Below, piece by piece: positions 42,031 through 54,509 of a stretch of DNA of 64,000 nucleotides. Every line of letters begins with the position of its first letter. Position 1 is the stretch's first letter. Location: NCBI GenBank assembly GCA_964276515.1, contig OZ193910.1, forward strand, positions 3,224,001-3,288,000, read 5' to 3'. The stretch is from Gordius albopunctatus (taxonomy: Eukaryota). Position numbers and translations under genes: made by a program. The notes beneath the pieces were generated by a model that saw only the letters and a program-made list of their open reading frames with translations, was not told where the DNA came from and did not search any database.

Positions 42031-43147
42031 GCTAACGTTGTAATAAAAAGCCATTTACGATAAGATTTTGCTTACTGTTATTGTTTTTCATCATAATTAA
42101 ATTTTTCGCTCTCCGTATACTCTCAGAAAGTTGAATTATTTCCAATTAATTCTGATTTCAACTAAATATTGTAAAAGCCGTCATTTAATCAAATTTAGAG
42201 GTGCTTTTTTAATACCTCTTTATTTTAATATTATAGATTTTAGCTATGACAATACACTATTATATTATCCGCAACTGCTCGTTTTGAATCCTTTATTTTA
42301 ATAAATCAATATGTACAATTGGTTTATAACAAAATTAATAAATCGGATAATGATTTCTTGAAAATAAATGTATTTGTTGGACGATGGCCGTGGGGAAATA
42401 TCCGTGCAACCAATAGGTTAGGTCGGGTGACGTATAAGGATCAATGAGTATATTGGGTTGAGGGGCTTTGGTTCTTCGTTCCCGCTGCCGCTGGACCAAC
42501 GTGCTCTAAAGATGAGAAATAAACATATCCCCCCGTCCCACAGGACTAACGAGTAGAAAAATAAATATATGATTATATGCTTAAGTCCTCGCTATTTGAA
42601 CCCTGTCGATGGACTTCTCAATTTGCATGAGGGATGCTATACGACGGTCGATATACTGCACATCTCCACTAATATGATGCATGCCATTTACATATTTGTC
42701 TGCTTCTAATTAGTCCCCATTTATTCACATAACTAATTTTAGTTGGCAAGATACAACACGTTATCCTTCCTAGCTCATTTGCGTAAGCACGTAACCGTTA
42801 AGTGATTTAACTACTTACCCACAGCTACAACAACTATTATACACATTTTAAAAAATTTTCTCTAAATTGTCGAACATTATAATGGACTTTTTAGGTTTTT
42901 AACTTATACACTTTTGTCACCCATTTATGCATATTATCGTTAAACATCGCACTTTTTAACCTATAAAATTGAAAACTACCTAATAAATATTTAAAACTGT
43001 TATAATTTTATTTAATTATGAATAAATATGCCTTTTACTATTATTAAACTTAATAATATATATTTACATACTACAGCATTTTGATTTTTCACATTATAAA
43101 CTCTCTTACAGACCACTATTTATACTTACTAATTATTTAGTCAAGAA

Positions 43148-43180
43148 CTAAGCCAAAGCAACGCTTGGCCGGGCACAGAT
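43148..43180 (+). mobile_element. Degenerate Helitron 3' terminus (same family)
   Basis: CTAAGCCAAAGCAACGCTTGGCCGGGCACAG is reverse-complement similar to 38202-38235; the CTAG is lost. Confidence 0.55.
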
Positions 43181-44132
43181 ACTTAAACTTAACATGAAAT
43201 GCCGGACTCAGTAAGCATAAAATCGACTTAATACCTGACAGGATATGATTTTTTAAACGTATATTTTGAATTTTGATTATTGTTATAAGTTTTTATAATT
43301 ATACTACAGAGATGAATTCGAAAACTTTTTGGGGGGGGGGGTGTGTAAGGGGAAGGGAGGTTTACAATATCAAATAAATTTTATCTAAGCTTGGTGTTTT
43401 TGTTATGCCCCTCCAAAAATATAATGTTCTTAAGCCCTCGTAATTTATACACAAATTAGAAAATATTTTTATATGTGACAAGTAAAAACACAACAAACAT
43501 TTTATTTCAAAAAAATTATTTCCTCTCTCACTGTATGATAAATCCCCTCAATAAACGTAATTTTCCATCCCCTCACTAAATTTAAACATTATTGTTTGTT
43601 TATTAATTACCATGGCATTTTCAGTTTGATAACAACAAACAAACCAGATGGCGAAAAAAGTGGATTAGAATTATTCAGCCGAACGTTTTTTCAAAGATAT
43701 TTTTGTAATTCCCTGATATAATTAAGTTTTTTTTCTTCGCGAGATTTTTTCCCATTCGCGTGATTAAGACCTGCCGCGGTTGGATATGAGATATTTCTAT
43801 TTTCAGGGATTAATATTGGTATGCATATAAATTTTAAAAGCGTTTGTGGAATAATATACATAATTTGTCAATCGAATAAAATAATTAAAACATTTTGTAT
43901 TATCACATAAAGATATTTTTTCATTTGTTAACATCAAATAAGAACTACCGTTTAATACTTAAGAAAATTATCGAGTTTTTACATAATAAATATACACAGA
44001 TACAAATATTTGCTACAAGAGTTAGTTCAAGATTTGTTATCCCCCGGTTATGGTAAACTATTTGACTAATAATAGGCTGAGTACGAAAAAATTAAAATGA
44101 AAGGTTTTATGCCTGATGAATTTATTATACAC

Positions 44133-45238
44133 TTTTTTTAATGGTTAAAAAGTTTATTTTCACGAAAACAAAGTTACATACATAAGCGTACTACAAAAAT
44201 AAAGACCTATCGGTTAAATACAAAGATCTATATCATTATCTTCTAAAATACGCCATGAGTCGGCAATTAAGGTTGTATCGTAAAACAAGAATCCTTAGTT
44301 GTTGCCTGAGTAAAAAGGACGCGGAAATTTTAGATTTCGGCGATCGTTTTCCTATTCCCTTGAAAAAATTCCATTGCCTGTTTACCGAAGGAACCAGAGC
44401 ACGAGGCAACATCAGCGACAGAGTACTTTGTAGTTTTAGGGCCTTTTGTAGTAGCGATAAGGTCGTAATTAAAATGTAAAGGGGCAAATAAGTCAATGCA
44501 AGTGAGATCCCATTTGAGAGATAGGCAATTTTGCCAGTAGAGTAGAGAAGAGCCCTCAGGGCGCATCCTATTTTCAAGAGAGGGTTCTGACGACTCAAAG
44601 ATTGAGGGGACTATAGCGTTTTTATGGGCAGTTTGAATTATTAAATTTGCTTGAGTGTGCCTAACATATTTATGTGAGTGCATGGCATATTTGTCTATTA
44701 TGGAAATACAATTTCGACAGGAGAACTCCTTGGTTTAACTAATCCCCAACCTTAAAGCTATGGAATATGAAAGATAAAAGTTGTCAAGCAACATTCCCCA
44801 AAAGTTTGCTGGAATAGGCTTCAAGCCACTCGTGACCGGAACAATAAAAAAGCAGGGACCTAAGGTTGTATTACTGGCTATCATTGCTGCTCAATAAAAG
44901 GTAATCAACGGAGCGCGATACTAGTCCAAATCCTTTTGTCTCGTTCTTTGATGTTGAATAGTCTCTGGTGTGACATTCAAATTCCAAATCTCCAAGACTT
45001 GAGTTGAGGGTTGGAATCATGTGTTGTGAGATCAAAAATTAGATTTTCAAAAAAGCAGCTAGCTAAATGCTGCCGGGAGAACGAATTCCTAATCTTCTAG
45101 ATTTGATTGGGAGGGATGCTTGAAGCCAATTGTTGGTATTATTTCTTAAATTTAGAAATTTATTAATATGTTTAAATCCACATCTGGGTAGTATTATCCG
45201 CTTTTATATTACTAATTAAGTCTCGAAGTGAATGTGTA
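44133..45238 (-). mobile_element. CRE-like non-LTR retrotransposon 3' fragment (restriction-like endonuclease), degraded
   Basis: Minus-strand frames give WLQASLPIKSRRLGIRS, WLKPIP...GMLLDN...IALRLG, RHTQANLII and RMRPEG...LKWDLTCIDLFAP. 3' UTR with AATAAA is shared with the 52 kb copy. Confidence 0.75.
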
Positions 45239-45242
45239 TTAA

Positions 45243-47054
45243 CCCTCGAGAGTATTCCTCAAAAAAACTTACGCGAGAGTATTCGTGGGGTATAACTCTA
45301 CCCCACTTCTAAACTTCTTATAATTTTAAAAGTATTCCTTTAAAACCTTTAAAATTTTAAACATATGTTTATAAAGGTGTTAAGATTGATGGTATAAATT
45401 TTGATATAAATCTAATCAATATTACAAAACTTATTAACAATTTTCTGGACCCCCATTTTTTTTTGGTTATTTTAGAGCTTCCCCTCATTTTACCTCTTGA
45501 CATCATATACCTTAAAATAAATCAAAATAAACGTGATTTTTTATTAAAAGAATGTTCAAAATGTATTAAAAACATAAATTGTAAAAGATATGATCATACA
45601 AAAAAAAATACAGACATTTGAAAATTGGTTAAAATTTGGTTGTACAATTTTCACACATTATTTTCATATGACTAGAACAGATCAATTTTGAGCACTTGGA
45701 GCAAGATATTTTAGTTTTCTTATCTTGAATCCTTGGACAAATAGAACATCGACATCTTTTGGGGGGGTTGGAAGATGTTTCCTCCTTAATATCCAGGATT
45801 TTTCTAAGAGAATCCTTAATATCTCTGGGCAGACGTAGATTATTTTTAAATCTAGATTCCATATAAGGTTTTGTCAATTCTTGTGCTAGTTCCTTGATAT
45901 ATTTACTTCTACTAATTTTCTTACCAATGTTATATTGATAGATGATCATGGAATTAATTGTTGCTATATTTAACAAGGTGTAAAATATTGTAAGGGGCCA
46001 TCTGTTTGACACCCTTGAAACATTGTAGGTTGAACTGAGTTGATCTACCACATCAACTCCCCCTTTAGTCATGTTGTAAAAGGAGATAATCTCTGGCTTT
46101 AGAGCATCCCCTGTTGCTGGATCAATTTTGCTATTATAATGTAGAGAGGATAATAATATGACTTGCTTATATTTTTTTGGTATATAGGAAACCATGGTTA
46201 AATTCTCTTGAAAAACAAATCTGCTTCTTCTTTGGAAAAATTCTATAGGAATTTGCCTTTTGTTTTTTTTCAAAGTGCCTAAATTTGTTAATGAATGGCT
46301 TGTAAACAAATGTTTAACTAATTCATAGCTGGTGAACCAATTGTCCATTGTCACATTTCTATTGGATTTGGAGATTGGCTTGATAAGCCTGCACACTACA
46401 TCAAAAGGCTTATAAATTAACTACCATATAGGTATTTTTTCTGTGCCATTTCCTCATTACTAAAATCAATCTCTTCTTCAGTGTCTGTATCATGTTCACT
46501 AGTCAAAACAAAATCCTCTTCACTTGAAGTAATATTAAAATCATCTAGGTGATGATAATGAATTATAATGTTATGTTATGTATACTATAAACATAATTTA
46601 AAACCAACTCTAACCTTCTGAGTTTGAAGTTGATGATTCTAAACAATCATAGTATACAGTATTCATGTTAACAGCTGATAAAAAAATGATGTTTTATTCC
46701 ACTAGGTTAGCTTCATACTTCCGTTCTACAGTCATTTTCGAGCGGGATAACCATGCAAATAATTTTTTTTATAATTATTTAATTTATATATATGTTAACT
46801 ACAAAATAACAAAAAATTTTTTTTTTAAAAAACAAAAAAAATTACACGAGAGTATTCGTGGGGTATAATCATACCCCACGAGTCTATATCTTAAAAAGTA
46901 TTGGGCCAAAACCTATGAAATTTTCACCTAACCTAGTTCTTGATAAAATATTAAGCTACTGAAAAGACCAAATTCATTAGACTTAAATTGCGTTTTATAT
47001 TTTAATTTATAATTTGCGTGGGGTATAAAAATACCCCACTAATACTCTCGAGGG
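45243..47054 (-). mobile_element. piggyBac-family DNA transposon, internally deleted (non-autonomous), 1812 bp
   Basis: TTAA at 45239-45242 and 47055-47058. Perfect 14-bp TIR CCCTCGAGAGTATT. Palindromic subterminal motifs GTGGGGTAT-N-TACCCCAC near 45285-45306, 46858-46879 and 47018-47039. Transposase remnant on the minus strand. Confidence 0.95.
45629..46735 (-). pseudogene. piggyBac transposase pseudogene: C-terminal DDD part and cysteine-rich domain fused to an acidic N-terminal stub
   Basis: ORF 45629-46396 has NVTMDNWFTS, GTLKKNK, KPEIISFYNMTKGGVDVVDQ, RWPL and the CRD CSIC...CSKC...ICSSH...CENC. The N-terminal stub (46420-46735) has an in-frame TAA, and the segment carrying the first catalytic Asp is missing. 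Confidence 0.9.
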
Positions 47055-47476
47055 TTAAAGCTTCCTCTAGATGCGTTAAGTAGATTTGTACACAATCCTA
47101 GTTTAGTTTTACTTTTGAACTCGTCAAGAGCTTGGCCGTATCTATTTATATAATTTTTGTATACATGTCGCTCTAGTGACTGCTAAAATTATCTTGGCGA
47201 ATTGAATTTACCAAGGTTAAAAAGTATCGTTTAATTTGAAAATGTCCCCCAGGAAAAAAGCTTATTAATCATTCAATTTCAAATTAAAGTTAAACTTTAG
47301 TTTTTTTAATCTAGTTTATAATTATGAAATGTTGCAATATATAAAGGGCCTCTCGTATGATAATGAGGAGAATGGTAATTAATGTCCCAAGGTGAATTCG
47401 GCAAGCAGGTTTTCGGCGAGTTGATAGGGCACCCTTTTATTGTAAAAAAACAGCTGACTAAAGGCGCTTTTTTAAA

Positions 47477-49112
47477 ATGAAACCAGACAAATTGGATAAA
47501 TTCAAAATACCAGATCTTTTAAGACAAATATATAAAACTTATAAAGCAGAAATTAAAGGTAAATCATCTTTCTCATGTTTAATCAAGATTTAGATTTGAA
47601 ATCTCAAATTAAAAAATTAAAGCTCCAATTAGATAATAAAAGGTAAATATATTTGTACAGATTTAAAATTTTTATAGACAAGATGCGTTTCTAGAATTAA
47701 CAAATTTAGGCCAAGCTATTGATGATTCTACCAATAAGCCTATTGACAATATAGATGCTAATAGTTTAAGCCCTAAATTTGAAAAAACTAATAATACATT
47801 TTTAAATCACAATGTCACACCATCTAATGCAAGTGCCATAAAAAATTTGAGTAGTGAATCTATGAATCATGATATTAGCTCTATAATTCCCATAATAGAT
47901 TTTAAATCGGGTACTATTAATGTTTCAGTTTATTTTATTTTTTCATAGATTTAAAAATTATAAAGGAAGGTCCCAATAATATGGTATATATAAATCTTAA
48001 TATATTTATAAGTATTTTTAAGAATCAGATACTAAAAAATGGTGATAATATTAATCAGCATCAGATATCAGAAGAACAAGAACATTTTGCTTTTAGGAGT
48101 GATGGATTTTTGTCTAAGAAGCAATTATTTATTTCCCCACATTTGCATAAGTCTGCATATAGTCAAATTAGAAAAAAAATTAATAGAGTTATCAAGAATT
48201 CCAACTTAAAAGTATCAAATTGCCACAATTATAAGCAACAAAAATTATTTGAATGTCAGCCCTTTAATAGTGCACTCATTAATAAAATGCATAATAAAGC
48301 TCCAAACCTTGATGGGAACAGCTTGAAAATGAGTCATTTAGATGAAAATTATACTGAGAAAAACAAATTAAATGATATAACAAATAATTTTATTAGCACA
48401 CCAAAATCTATTTCCTCCAAATATACCAAAAGCATAAATTCACCTTTATTTTATGATTTATCACATTCAAACAAAGAGATTTTGGGAAATCTATGTAATG
48501 TAAAATTTGAAGTATATTTATTTAATATTATAGCTCCCATGGATAAAGAAACACAGAAAAATGATTTAAACCTTTGTCTTAATGATAGTTTTGATATGTA
48601 AGTTTAAAAATTCAAAATGTGAGAAAAATTATAATAGTCCTCCCAAAAAATCTGATTTACCAAACTTCAAACAAAAAAATAAACTACCAAGAAAAAACTC
48701 TAAAAAGCAAAGATTAAAAACTTATGCCTGTCCTGATTGTAAACAAGTAATTTATTTAAAATTGACTAAATTTTTACACGTTTTGTATTCCTATTAGTAT
48801 TATGAATTTATGAAGCAAGAATCTGATATGAATGACAATGTGTCTGATTTTATTTATAAGGATTTTGATGACTTTTTACAAAAAAATAGTTGTAAACATA
48901 AAGCTGAGTATGTTGCACCATCAACACCAGAACATTTTTGGTCAATTGGCATGCCAGATACGCAAGAATGTAGAGAAAGAGGTTTTTGAAAATAATTCCT
49001 ATTTTGATTTACCATTATATCATTCATTACACTAATACAATTTTTTGTTTTATATTTAGGATACATAAATGACACTCAATATGATGCAAATTTTATTAAA
49101 AAGTCTATTTAG
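47477..49112 (+). CDS. RBBP8: DNA endonuclease CtIP/RBBP8/Sae2/COM-1 orthologue, 9 exons, ~426 aa
   Basis: Exons 47477-47558, 47594-47642, 47678-47910, 47949-47983, 48023-48494, 48534-48597, 48638-48746, 48798-48981, 49060-49112. N-terminal coiled coil (LLRQIYKTYKAEIKDLKSQIKKLKLQL). C-terminal SAE2-like domain RLKTYACPDCKQYY...SCKHKAEYVAPSTPEHFWSIGMPDTQECRERGYI follows the CtIP pattern CxxC...TPxxFWxxxxPxTQ. Confidence 0.9.
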
Positions 49113-49429
49113 TTTATTAAATTTATTTGTTATCTGTCTAATAAAATGTTTTTTTTCATTGGTGTATCCAAGGAAGCGCTTGGTGTCAAATCCCTCTCCT
49201 ATTGTTATTATTTTTTTATATTTTAAATATGATAACATAGACTTTATAAAATAAATAGGTTTATTTTTATGATAAAAATCCAACTTTTTGTTTGTGGTAG
49301 CCAAAGTCGCGTATCGAAAAACTCTTTCGACTCTTCATTTTTTATATAGAAATATATATTTTCGCGGATAAGTAGTTTTTTCCTATGATTATTTTATTTC
49401 CTTTTACCTTCGCGTGGCTATATATGGAC

Positions 49430-50794
49430 TAGAGAACTGCAAAGTCACTTTTTTTCAACCCGACCCGAAAGCATTTTAAAAACTTCAACCCGAAAATGAT
49501 CCGAAGAATTATTAAAACAAATTACTTTCGAGCGCGAAAATCACGGTGTAAAATTAAATCGACAAATAAAAGTGCTATTAATGAAACAAACTCTAATCAC
49601 AGATTAATAGGATTTACAAATGACTCATTTATTTAAATATTTTTATGTTGCTTTATGGATATTTATTTATGTAATTTAAATACAATTTGAATATGATTTT
49701 CATTTATGATTAAAATAAACATTTTACACTTGTATATCTTGCATCATTTTAATTATTTAAGACTCAAAAAGTTGTGAATGCTTAAAAATATACCAATACA
49801 ATACAAATAGTTTATTTATAATGGAACATTATTAACAAAAAAAACACTTTTTGATTATTTGCATTGGTGATTTACAATTATATCAATGGATTTGGTATCT
49901 GACAAAAGAGATTTTAATAGCAATGTAGTTTTCTCATCATTTTACTTGGATTCCTCAATAACTATTAAAAACTTAGACCTTTCAATATCTATTAATCTAT
50001 TTAACTGATAAAATATATAAATATTTTTAGTAGTTTTTAATCACCTAAGGTGCTTATTCTAGATGTTGCCTCGAAAACTTTTTCATAAAGATTATATTAT
50101 TATAAAACTGCTATTTTAATTCTTACCTCCTCTAGTTCCTCTGCTATAAAACAATGTTTAATTATATATAAGGTTTATATCTATTTTTAGTTTCCTAATA
50201 TCAAGTAAACTGCTCGTATGTTATAGACTTGAGACAACTATTTAACATCCATTTATTTTTATTATTATAATATTAATTTTATGCTTTAGATATATTGTCT
50301 TAGGGTTAGTTTGCAAATGAAACATATATAAAATTATAACTTACTTTTAGGTTGGCTTTTGAATATGTATTAAATGTAATTTAAATTAACGATGAGGATT
50401 AGCTAAAACTTCATGGCTAACCTAAAAAAATTTAAAATAAAACTTTATCGAAATAATTTACCTTTCAATAGTCAAATTAAAAACCGGAGTAATTTATGTA
50501 GTTTGAATTAGTGATGCGAATTAGCTAGCTAGCACTTCAAAGTTCGGCGTTTAAATTTAAAAAAAGAGGAAGAGAATTAAATGAATATATGATCCAAATA
50601 AGTTGTACATTTCGATATTTAAAAACACTCTTTGCTTAGCAATTAACATTTATTAAAAAAAATAGGTCTCGCGTGTTTTTTTTACAATGTATAAACCTTG
50701 GACTCGGCTCTATAAATTTGACCCGACCCGAAAACATTTTAAAATTTTCTACCCGACCCGAGGTAGGGTCTCGGGTCACCCGTGCAGTTCTCTA
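49430..50794. mobile_element. Non-autonomous hAT element, 1365 bp
   Basis: TIR TAGAGAACTGCA; perfect 8-bp TSD ATATGGAC; ACCCG subterminal repeats. Confidence 0.9.
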
Positions 50795-50862
50795 ATATGG
50801 ACTCTATAAACTATTCTAAAATTCATATATTATAAATAAAGTTAGAATCCATAATTAATGAA

Positions 50863-51846
50863 TCTTATGTATAAAAATGAAACTATGTATGTATGCCGCC
50901 ACCAATTTTGGAGAACTACCGGACCTATTTGACTCAAAATTTTAAAGTGTATTCCCCACACTCCGGAGCATGTTTTAAGATATGTTCGAGCCAAATCGGT
51001 CCAGTAGTTTTTGAGTTAGTTTGTTTTATATCTTTTGCCGTTTAATGAAACGTCAATCAAACGCAACCTCATCGTGTTCTTTGAAAATTTGTATATATAC
51101 AGCTCTTTAGTAAAAGTGTATCACTTATAGTATTTTCTAAAACGTCATCTTTTTTTAACGGTGACAACATAAAATTTATCAATTAAACTTGAAATAAATA
51201 AAAATTTTTCTAATTGGATTTTTTCATTCTTGGATTAGGCATGTGCTGCGGAAAATGGAAACTTTTTACGATTTGAAACATTAAATCAAAGCATGGGCGT
51301 ACGCAGGTTTTGAATTAGGGGGGGGGGGTCAGATTAAAAAAAAAACATTTTCTCGACTATCCAAAAATTTTCATGAGATTATAGGACGGTCGTGTCTCCT
51401 CCGGCGTGACTAAACAAATTAAAAATCTAATTTTGTCATTTTTTGCGCGTTAAATAAGGAGAAAAATGAAAACACTTTTAACAAATTGCCAATAAATGTT
51501 GATATATCTCAGTTCTTCGGACATTATTAAGTTCAGAATTAAAAGTTTTATTCAGAAACAAATAATTATAATTTCGATATTGTTTCTTAATTACAAAAGA
51601 ATATAAAGAAAATTGCTTGAAGAGCCAGGGGGCCAAAGATTTTTCACTTGGAGGGGGGCATGGCATGGGACCAGGTTTTCCCTCTTGGGTGGGCCTGGGC
51701 CTTGGACACTCTGACTATTTGTTTAAAAATTATCAAACTTTATTTTTACTTCAATAACCGCTTTATCATCATATATGCCCTAAAATTCCAAGATAATTTA
51801 ATACACCCGGGTAAATTACAAAACAACGTTTGCCGGGTTCATCTAG
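50863..51846 (+). mobile_element. Non-autonomous Helitron, 984 bp
   Basis: A|TCTTATGTATAAAAATGAAAC(TATG)3 5' end. 3' end CAAAACAACGTTTGCCGGGTTCATCTAG|T. Sits between A and T with no TSD. Contains a MITE-like segment starting near 51292. Confidence 0.75.
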
Positions 51847-52029
51847 TCAATTTATATGAGTAACAATGCTGCTTTTATTGATTTTATAACAACGTTGTAA
51901 TGCGTGCAACTATTAATTACTTATTTTATAAATGATGATGAAAAGTATTAAAATGCATTTTTGGGTTGTATGACAATATTATAAAGTCAAACATGCAATA
52001 AAATGAACTGATAATAGAATATGCTAGGC

Positions 52030-52642
52030 ACCCTCTACACTGCCTAACAAACAAATATAAATATGTTAGGCACACTAAAGCCTATTTATTAATTCAAGCA
52101 GCCCTTAAAAAGGCAAAAATCCCCTCAATTCTTGAGCCGTCAGATCCCTCTCTTGAAGGTAGGATGCGCCCTGACGGCTCTTCCCTAGTCGCCTGGCAAA
52201 ATGGCCTATCCCTCAAATGGGATTTTACTTGTATTAACCTATTTGCCCCTTCCCATTTTAATTACGACCCTATCGCTACAGCAGAAGGGCCTAACACTAG
52301 AAAGTACTATGCCCTTTTGGAATCCACTATTTTTATCCCTGTCGTTGCCTCGTGCTCCGGTTCCTTCGGTAAACAGGCAATGGAGTTTTTTTAAAGAAAT
52401 CGGAAAACGCTCACCGAAATCTAAAATTTTTAATAAAACATAAAAAAAATTTATTCCGAATATATATATTTTTTAAAAAAGTCGAGACGAGACCGAGATT
52501 TTTTTAGACAGAGACGATATCAAGATTTTCGTAATCGCTCCCGAGACGAGACGAGATTTTGTTTTCGAGACAGAGACGAGATCGAAACACTACTTATTTA
52601 TGTAACTTTGTTTCGTGAAAATAAACTTTTTACCCATAAAAA
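52030..52642 (+). mobile_element. Second CRE-like RLE retrotransposon 3' fragment, partly replaced by a GAGAC-repeat terminus (~52430-52592)
   Basis: RMRPDGSSLVAWQNGLSLKWDFTCINLFAPSH...GSFGKQAMEFF. Clear inverted homology to 44330-44670 and 44135-44190. Confidence 0.78.
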
Positions 52643-53366
52643 TGAATTAAAGGCATTACTTGTTTTTTCTATGCTAATTAAGGGTCCCATCATGTTCTAA
52701 TATGCAACTAAATCAAACATAAGCAACACATTTTACTCTGTCTAAAATTTTAACCTACTTATAATAATTAAAATTTTATGTATGTGGTGGCAGATAGGAT
52801 AGATTTACAAACGTAATTATACATTTTTAAAAACTGCTCATACTATAGAAACTGTAAGTTTATTAATTGGTAAGTAACCGTACACATTTTAGTAACGTCG
52901 AGTATCAACGTTAATAATCACATGTTTCATTATTTAATTTATTTGAAGCTATAAACATTATAAAAACAGATATTATATATAAAAGATAAAATAAAAAGAT
53001 TTTGAATTTAAAAAAACATTCAGCCACTTTAATATAAAAAATTATTAATATTTTCATTTTAAAAAATCAGTTTAAATTGAAAAAAATTTTAAGACGCGAG
53101 ACATGGCGATAATTCTCGTCGAGACGAGACAGGATCGAGAATTTTTTAGAATGAAGGTTGCATTAGACATTAATATAATAGGTTTCAATTTTTTTAAATT
53201 TAATCTCAACAAAAATAAACATTTAAAAGTTAATCTTTTAAACTTTTTACAAATGATAATTGTAAAACAATACAAGGGGATGTGCTGTATCCTAAAGATA
53301 ACAATCTATTTACTTTTAAAATATGAATATAAATTAAGGATCTCTAAATATAAGTTTAAAACCATA

Positions 53367-54116
53367 CAGGCGCGTACCCAGGATTTTCACCAGGGGGGGG
53401 GGAAATCCGGCTAAAAATTTTCCCCATTTTATTTGTAATTAAAAGTAAAAATTAAACAACTAAAAAGCCGGGATCGCTGCTAGGCCCACTCGGCTAAGGG
53501 GTCGGGCAAGATACCGTTGGGCGAGTACCATGATGAGATATTTTATATATTTTACTTTTTTTGCCACCTTTCTATTTATAAAAATTGTAGAATTATATCA
53601 AAAATTTTTGAAATTAAGACAAAATTAATTCTTGAAATTTAAAATCGTCATTTTAGGCCCGGCTGTTCGGACAGCATTAGTGAATTGGGTAATTAAAGGG
53701 TTTTGGCTTGCCTTGACAGGCAATTTAGTTATCAAACCGTGATGGGTTCTAGCAGAAAATTTTAGACAAATATGATAAATGATAAAAGTATTAATGTGAT
53801 ATAGAATGAGGAACATTATAATAATCGCTTAGTTATCTACTTCGTGGAGCTGTCTGATATTTTCACGGGAAACAAATGTTCAAACAAGTTTTTTTCATAG
53901 CCATTTTCACAATCATATTCGGAAATTTTACAACGCATTTTGTCAAAAATTAAATAAGAAAATTAGATGTATATATTATGTTTCTAGGTTTTTATAAGTG
54001 TATTAAACTCTTTGATGTAACTAAACTATAATATTTTAACCCATTTAATTTAGTTATTAATCAAAAAACAAGGGGGGGGAATTTCCCTTATCCTCCTCCC
54101 CTCATTTACGCCACTG
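53367..54116. mobile_element. Non-autonomous hAT-type element, 750 bp
   Basis: Ends CAGGCGCGTA and TACGCCACTG; perfect TSD AAACCATA; interior closely similar to 6037-6690. Confidence 0.85.
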
Positions 54117-54509
54117 AAACCATATAATTGTAAAACATTTTCTAGCTGTCACTCTTTGATTTGATTCATATTTATCTCAGATAAATTAAAAGTTTCTTTT
54201 TTGATTTTCAAAAAGTTGTATTTAATTACTTACCTAACGATATAAATATTTAAATCATCTTTGAAATACTTATAACAAAATTTGGGAATGGCTGGGGGAC
54301 CGTGTTTGATACAACTTTTTCTACATAAAGTCTTGATCCACTCCCTCTCTATTTCTAAATATATTTTGTTTCCTCCTAATCAATCATACTCATAGCCCCC
54401 CCCCCTTGCGTACGCCATGGGTCGGGCTATATTATAAATTTGGCAAAATAATTTTCTTTGGACTGGGCTCGGTCAGGCCAGACTCGAGCCCTGATTAAAT
54501 ATTGTATTT

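Noticed and set aside
42370..42830. GC-richer block with an A-box-like TAGCTCA near 42770 (tRNA or SINE?)
   Set aside because: No B-box or cloverleaf could be built.
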